Positions 59,097 through 64,000 of a DNA stretch of 64,000 bases are shown here, one piece after another; the stretch's first letter is position 1, and the number at the start of each line of letters is the position of its first letter. The DNA is from Arenicellales bacterium (GTDB taxonomy: Bacteria; Pseudomonadota; Gammaproteobacteria; Arenicellales; JBFEOO01): positions 1,865 to 65,864 of the forward strand of contig JBFEOO010000002.1 in assembly GCA_041550555.1 (NCBI GenBank), read 5' to 3'. The notes below the pieces were generated by a model. It was given only the letters and a program-made list of their open reading frames with translations, was not told where the DNA came from and did not search any database. A program made the position numbers and the translations under genes.

Positions 59097-60086
59097 GTGA
59101 GGCGCCCCACTCATACCGAGAAAGCCGAGCTCCTGATGCGGTTGGCCGTGCTGCTCGACGCGTCCTTCGCGGTGGACCGTGCGCTGGCGACCTGCGCCCG
59201 CGAGACGCGGCGCCCGGCGATCACGGCCGTGTGCGGGCGCACCGCCGAGCTGGTGGCACGCGGGCGCGACCTCGCTGCCGCCGGCCGCGCGACGGGGCTG
59301 CTCAACGCGCTCGACGCCGCGCTCGTGGCCGCGACGTGGCAGACCGGCCGCGCGGCTCACACCCTGCACCGCCTGGGCGCTTACCATCGGGAACTCGCCG
59401 AGACGAGGCGGCGGATGCTCGGCCACCTGCTGCTGCCCGGGCTTTTCCTTACCGTCGCCGTCGTGGTTGCGCCGCTGCCCGCTCTCGTTGCAGGCCGCAT
59501 CGCTCGCGACGCCTATCTGCTGCAGACGGTGTCGTCGCTGGCCGTCCTCGGCGCCCTCGCCTTGATCGTGGTACGCACGCCCGAGTGGCTGCGAGCGCCG
59601 CAGGCGCCGTTTGGCGTGGGTCGGATCGTCGACTGGCTGCTGCCGAAGGTGCCGCTGTTCGGTCGTGTGGAGGTACGGCGTAACGTCGCGCGTTGGGCCA
59701 CCGCGCTGTCGTTGCTGGTGGAGGCCGGCGTTCCGCTGTCGCAGGCCGTCGACCGCGCCGCGGCCACCATCAGCAACGCGGTGCTACGAGAGCGGTTCGG
59801 ACGCATTGCGCCGCGGCTGGCGGCCGGACAGGCCCTGGAGCAGGCGCTTGACGACAACCCGTATGCCGCCCCCGAGCTGCGTCGCCTCACCGCATCCGGC
59901 GAGCAGAGCGGACGGCTGCCGGAGCTGCTCGAACACTTCGGGCGCCGGGCACACAGTCACGTTCAGCAATTCGACCGCGCGGTCGTCGTCTGGCTGCCGC
60001 GTCTGGTCTATCTCCTGGCGGCGGGCTGGAGCGCATGGCTACTCGTCCGCCAGGCCCGGCTGCTGCTCGCCGCCGAGCCCTTGTAA
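59097..60086 (+). CDS. Type II secretion system F-family (GspF/PilC-like) membrane protein, orphan and short
   Basis: The 329-aa ORF has two T2SSF-like repeats, each ending in a TM helix (...WQTGRAAHTLHRLGAY... and ...SGEQSGRLPELLEHFG...). No other T2SS or T4P genes are in the window. The start is GTG. Confidence 0.65.
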   Translation: MRRPTHTEKAELLMRLAVLLDASFAVDRALATCARETRRPAITAVCGRTAELVARGRDLAAAGRATGLLNALDAALVAATWQTGRAAHTLHRLGAYHRELAETRRRMLGHLLLPGLFLTVAVVVAPLPALVAGRIARDAYLLQTVSSLAVLGALALIVVRTPEWLRAPQAPFGVGRIVDWLLPKVPLFGRVEVRRNVARWATALSLLVEAGVPLSQAVDRAAATISNAVLRERFGRIAPRLAAGQALEQALDDNPYAAPELRRLTASGEQSGRLPELLEHFGRRAHSHVQQFDRAVVVWLPRLVYLLAAGWSAWLLVRQARLLLAAEPL

Positions 60087-60274
60087 GCCCAGCTTGTCCG
60101 TGCGGACGCGCCGCCGTCGAGCTGGCGCGACCGTTGCTCAATCGGCTGGCAAGAGCGACGCCGGGATCAGCCGGCATCCGGCGCGGCCGTCTCCGAGGGC
60201 GAGGACGCATAGTTGGTGTGACCTGACATCGCGGCCTTCACTGTCACAGTGCCCGCAAAGCGAGCGAGGTCCTT

Positions 60275-61330
60275 TCACCGGGGGTGCGCGGGGCGCTCGA
60301 ACAGGTAGTGGCTCACCCACCACTGCTGACCCTCATCGTAGCCGAACAGCTCAGCGCAGGCCATGAAGAAGATGCGCCAACGCGAGCGCCAGCGCTGCGC
60401 ATGCTCGCGGCCGTAGGTCTGGGCGAGCACGTGCTCGACCCGCTGGCGATGCCGATCGAGGTTGCCCAGCCACGCGTTTGCCGTGCGCTCGTAGTGCGTC
60501 CCGTCCCAACGCCAACGGTCGACGAGCTTGAGTCGATCCTGGAAATTGAGCGGCAGCGTGTCGCTCGGCATCATGCCGCCAGAGAAGAAATGACGACTCA
60601 TCCAATCGCTCGCGCCGGCGTCGACGAACTCGTACGGCGTGCTGCGATGACAAAAGATGTGCATGAAGAATCGACCTCCGGGGCGCAGCCAGCCGGCGAT
60701 GCTCTCGAACAGAGCGCGATAGTTGCGCATGTGCTCGAACATCTCCACCGACACCACGCGGTCGAACTGCCGATCGATGTGGAACGCGTTCATGTCTGCG
60801 GTGAGGACCTCCACGTTGCCGAGCCCCCGCCGCGCGGCCTCGCCGTCGATGTACTGTTTCTGCAACCGGGAGTTGGACAACGCCGTGACGTGGCTCGCCG
60901 GGAACCGCTCCGCCACCCACAGCGTCAGCGACCCCCAGCCGCAGCCGAGCTCGAGGATGCGCATGCCGTCGTCAATCCCGGCGTGCTCCACGGTCAGCGC
61001 CAGAGCGTCGGCCTCCGCCTCGTCGAGATCGCTGACGCCGGGGCGCCAGTAGCAGCTGCTGTACTTGCGATGACGGCCAAGCACCAGAGCGAAGAATTCG
61101 ACGGGCACCTCGTAGTGCTGCTCGTTGGCTTTCTCGGGCAGGGGCGCCAGCGGGGAGCCGTCCATGCGGGCGATGAAGCGCCGTTCCGCCGTGGCGCGCG
61201 CCTCGCTGTCGTCGCGATGGAGCTCGGCGAGGCGCTGACGGAGCAGATGCCGGATGCCGCGCCTGACCAGGGGATCGGGCAGCCAGCCTCGCTCCATCAG
61301 GTCGATGCCCAGCGCTGTCGGCGCCTTCAT
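60275..61330 (-). CDS. Cyclopropane-fatty-acyl-phospholipid synthase-like SAM methyltransferase (short paralog)
   Basis: The 351-aa protein has HYEVPVEFF, ILELGCGWGSL and SVEMFEHM motifs. The ATG at 61330 overlaps the upstream stop as ATGA. Confidence 0.85.
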   Translation of the reverse strand: MKAPTALGIDLMERGWLPDPLVRRGIRHLLRQRLAELHRDDSEARATAERRFIARMDGSPLAPLPEKANEQHYEVPVEFFALVLGRHRKYSSCYWRPGVSDLDEAEADALALTVEHAGIDDGMRILELGCGWGSLTLWVAERFPASHVTALSNSRLQKQYIDGEAARRGLGNVEVLTADMNAFHIDRQFDRVVSVEMFEHMRNYRALFESIAGWLRPGGRFFMHIFCHRSTPYEFVDAGASDWMSRHFFSGGMMPSDTLPLNFQDRLKLVDRWRWDGTHYERTANAWLGNLDRHRQRVEHVLAQTYGREHAQRWRSRWRIFFMACAELFGYDEGQQWWVSHYLFERPAHPR

Positions 61331-62124
61331 GGTCGCTCTGCCGGCGTGGCCTTCGGCGGCATCGGAACGAAGACGCTGGTCGTCGCCTGGTAGGCGCGAT
61401 AAGCGTCGCCCCGGCTGCGCAGCGCCTGTCGCTCGGTATGCGGCACCCCCGTCACTTTGAGCAGGAAGACGAGCATGACGCCCACACCCGCGACGGTGAC
61501 CCACCACCAGGGCGAACCCCAGCCGATCAGCACGTACGCCCACCAGTGCACCCACTCGAAGAAATAGTTGGGATGCCGCGAGTAGCGCCACAGACCGCTG
61601 GCGCACACGCGGGTGCGGTTGGCCGGATCGCGGCGGAACCGGCTCAGCTGGGCGTCGGCAAGGGCTTCACCGCCCATGGCCGCCGCCCACACCAGCACAC
61701 CGAGCAGATCCAGCCAGCGCGGCCCGCCGGGCGCCTGGGCGGCCGCCCACATCGGCAATGCGAACATCACCGCCCACAGCGCCTGCACCTGAAAAAACCC
61801 GAACAGCACGGGCTGGACGCGATCGCCGAGCGTCTCGCGCAGAGCACGGTAGCGACCGTCCTCGCTCTCGCGGAACACACGCCGCACCAGGAATACCCCG
61901 AGCCGCGCGCCCCAAAAACCGACCATCACCGCAACCAGCCATTGCCGCCATGGCTCGCCGTGTTCGGCGGCGAGCGCCAGCACCACCCCCAGCAGACCCG
62001 TCGCGAAGGCCCAGGCCACGTCCACGATGCCGGCATTGTGGCGCCGATACTGTTGCCACCACAGCAACGCCATCAAGGCGGCCGCGCCCAGCCAGCCCGA
62101 CAGCACAAGCCAGCCCGCCGTCAT
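61327..62124 (-). CDS. DUF1295 (steroid 5-alpha-reductase/ICMT-like) membrane protein
   Basis: The 265-aa protein has the GLWRYSRHPNYFFEW motif. The start is at MTAGWLVL (62124), overlapping the upstream stop as ATGA. Confidence 0.8.
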   Translation of the reverse strand: MTAGWLVLSGWLGAAALMALLWWQQYRRHNAGIVDVAWAFATGLLGVVLALAAEHGEPWRQWLVAVMVGFWGARLGVFLVRRVFRESEDGRYRALRETLGDRVQPVLFGFFQVQALWAVMFALPMWAAAQAPGGPRWLDLLGVLVWAAAMGGEALADAQLSRFRRDPANRTRVCASGLWRYSRHPNYFFEWVHWWAYVLIGWGSPWWWVTVAGVGVMLVFLLKVTGVPHTERQALRSRGDAYRAYQATTSVFVPMPPKATPAERP

Positions 62125-62705
62125 CGGCCGCCGTCGCCGGCGTCGCGCATCTCCGCCGTCTCTCGCTCCGAGAGCGAAGGCGCCAGCCCGACCCGTCGGC
62201 CGACGAAGGCTGCCAGCGCCGATAGCAGCGGCAAGCTGAGCGCCCACTCGAGGGCGATGGCCGCTGTCGCCAATTCCGGCTTGATCAGCGTAATTGCGCC
62301 CAGACGGCTTCCCGCCAGGTACGCGAGCGGCCCCGCCACCGCGCCAAGCAGCGCGGCGAGCCCCGCTCGCCCGCGCAGCCAACCCAGACCGTGCCGCAGC
62401 GTTGCCGCGAGGTTCACCCACAGGGCCACCATCCACAGCGTCGTCGGCGCGCCGAGGCGCGCGTCATCGGGAAACGCGATCAGGCCGCCGAGCACGAGCG
62501 CAGAATCTGCGGCGAACCCGAGCACAGCGGCACTGAGCAGGAGCCTTACCTCGACGCCGCGCGCAGCCGCGCAGGCACGCAGGTGCAGCGCCAGCCACAG
62601 CGCCGTGTAGAGCGGTCCCAGCAGCGGCCAGCCGGCGGCGGCGCCGACTACGCCCGCGAACCAGCCGAGCTGGAAGGCGAGCAGGTTGGCGACGGGGTGC
62701 AACAC
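62121..62705 (-). CDS. DUF2878-like membrane protein
   Basis: The 194-aa ORF has about 5 TM helices. Its position between two CFA-synthase paralogs matches the conserved cluster. Family assignment is from recall only. Confidence 0.6.
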   Translation of the reverse strand: MLHPVANLLAFQLGWFAGVVGAAAGWPLLGPLYTALWLALHLRACAAARGVEVRLLLSAAVLGFAADSALVLGGLIAFPDDARLGAPTTLWMVALWVNLAATLRHGLGWLRGRAGLAALLGAVAGPLAYLAGSRLGAITLIKPELATAAIALEWALSLPLLSALAAFVGRRVGLAPSLSERETAEMRDAGDGGR

Positions 62706-62717
62706 GACGCGCGGGTG

Positions 62718-63992
62718 TCAGAGCGGGGCCAGCAGCGGGGCGGCCCGGCAGGCGGGTTTGTTGAGCAGCATTTGCACATCGCCCAGATAGCGCTCGGCGA
62801 AACCCGCCTCGCAGTAGCCCAGGTAGTAGCGCCAGAGGCGTATGAACTCCTCGCCGTAGCCAAGCGCCCGGACCTGCTCCGCGTTCGCCTCGAACGCCTC
62901 GCACCAGCAGCGCAGCGTGCGCGCGTAGTGCGGGCCGATGTCCTCGAGGTGCGTGATGCGCAGGTCACTGCCCGACGTCGCGGCGTCGGTGAGGGCGGTC
63001 AGCGAAGGCACGCAGCTGCCGGGAAACACGTAGCACTGGATGAAGTCGCTGCGACGGCGATACTGCTCGTAGCGCTGATCCGAGATGGTGATGGCCTGCA
63101 GCAGCATCTGACCGTGGTCGCGGAGCAGCGCAGAGCACTTGCCGAAGTACACCGGCAGGTAGTCATGTCCCACGGCCTCGACCATCTCAATGGAGACCAG
63201 CTTGTCGTAGCGCCCGGAGAGATCCCGATAGTCGCGGCGCAGCAGCGCGACGCGATCGTCGAGACCGGCGGCAGCGACGCGCGCGCGCGCCTCCGCGTAC
63301 TGGGCTTCGGAGATTGTGGTCGCAGTGACGCGGCAGCCGTAGTGCGTTGCTGCGTGGATGGCAAAGCTCCCCCAGCCGCAGCCGATTTCGAGGACGTGGT
63401 CGTCTGGCCGCAGAGCGAGCTTGCGGCAGATGCGGTCGAGCTTGGCGATCGACGCCTGCCTGAGCGTGCTGTCGGCACACTCGAAGATGCCCGACGAGTA
63501 CGTCATCGTCTCATCGAGGAACAAGGCGAAGAACGCGTTGCCGAGATCGTAGTGAGCGTGAATGTTGCGCCGGCTGCCCGCTCTCGTGTTGGCGCGCAGG
63601 CGGTGTCGCCACGCCTGGTACGCGCTGGCGAGGCGCGCCCCACCGGAATCGAACGCGTCGGCCTGTTCGGCGTTCGCGGCGAAGAAGCGCAGCAGCGCAG
63701 TGAGATCGTCGCTCGACCATTTGCCTTCGATGTAGGCATGCGCCGCGCCCAGACTGCCCTCGAGAACGAGGTCGAGGTAAAAGCTCGCGTCGTGCACGGT
63801 CAGCTCCGCGGCCGGCGATACGCCGCTGCCCGTCTCCCACGTACCCCAGCGATCGCGCACCCGCAGCCGGCCCGTCTGCAGCCCCGCGCTGCGCCGCACA
63901 ACGAGCCGTCGCGCGCGCTCCTCGATCCAGCGGCGCCAGGCACGATCACCCTTGCCGCTCATCGTCGTCAGCGCGTCGCTTTTCGTGTTCAT
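62718..63992 (-). CDS. cfa: Cyclopropane-fatty-acyl-phospholipid synthase family protein (long paralog)
   Basis: The 424-aa protein has HYDLGNAFFALFLDETMTYSS, VLEIGCGWGSF, SIEMVEAVG and the C-terminal YLGYCEAGF motif. Confidence 0.9.
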   Translation of the reverse strand: MNTKSDALTTMSGKGDRAWRRWIEERARRLVVRRSAGLQTGRLRVRDRWGTWETGSGVSPAAELTVHDASFYLDLVLEGSLGAAHAYIEGKWSSDDLTALLRFFAANAEQADAFDSGGARLASAYQAWRHRLRANTRAGSRRNIHAHYDLGNAFFALFLDETMTYSSGIFECADSTLRQASIAKLDRICRKLALRPDDHVLEIGCGWGSFAIHAATHYGCRVTATTISEAQYAEARARVAAAGLDDRVALLRRDYRDLSGRYDKLVSIEMVEAVGHDYLPVYFGKCSALLRDHGQMLLQAITISDQRYEQYRRRSDFIQCYVFPGSCVPSLTALTDAATSGSDLRITHLEDIGPHYARTLRCWCEAFEANAEQVRALGYGEEFIRLWRYYLGYCEAGFAERYLGDVQMLLNKPACRAAPLLAPL

Positions 63993-64000
63993 GGATTGAC

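Overview
The window is a very GC-rich chromosomal segment; third codon positions in real genes are almost all G/C. Gene order is typical of Gammaproteobacteria and resembles Pseudomonas. I saw no rRNA, tRNA, CRISPR array, transposase or integrase.

Gene content from left to right:
- 1-5.5 kb, minus strand: his operon hisG-D-C-B-H-A and the first 35 codons of hisF.
- 5.7-11.5 kb, minus strand: murA, a monothiol glutaredoxin, a BolA/IbaG-like gene and mlaFEDCB.
- 11.7-12.4 kb: a divergent DUF72-like gene.
- 12.7-22.9 kb, plus strand: kdsD-lptC-lptA-lptB-rpoN-ptsN-rapZ-npr-EI-mgtE. kdsC and hpf are absent.
- 23-28.4 kb, minus strand: lnt-corC-ybeY-ybeZ-miaB.
- 28.5-29.6 kb: a Sel1-repeat protein.
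- 29.7-32.8 kb: the zinc locus zur-znuC-znuB, divergent from znuA, with a palindromic Zur box between them.
- 32.9-34.6 kb: a cobalt-type nitrile hydratase locus.
- 34.9-40.6 kb: cysS, a ProX/YbaK-like deacylase and a type-2 ileS.
- 40.7-64 kb: a more accessory-looking stretch. It holds a fasciclin protein, SufE, a TupA-like-PBP/PAS/GGDEF/EAL protein, selD plus a TSUP permease, a Pcp-like peptidase, an aldolase, a crotonase, Bcp, a TPP enzyme, a disrupted LTXXQ-like gene, an unknown exported protein, DedA, a PNPOx-like protein, a ferric-reductase-like membrane protein, a GST, an M48 lipoprotein, an orphan GspF-like protein, and a four-gene lipid-modification cluster with two CFA-synthase paralogs, DUF1295 and DUF2878.

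Strongest hunt results:
1. A complete Ile (AUC) T-box riboswitch with mutually exclusive antiterminator and terminator lies directly upstream of the standalone type-2 ileS. This is unexpected for this synteny background. The block is bounded by a 12-bp hairpin and a sharply AT-rich island.
2. The nitrile hydratase beta subunit is split at the interdomain linker into two translationally coupled ORFs (TAGTG junction). A 9-bp tandem duplication there supplies a Shine-Dalgarno sequence.
3. Several unusual pairings or architectures stand out: a TupA-like sensor fused to GGDEF-EAL, selD with a TSUP permease, and an M48 protease next to an orphan GspF-like protein.

Many long ORFs in the supplied track are antisense shadow ORFs of real genes and were rejected.
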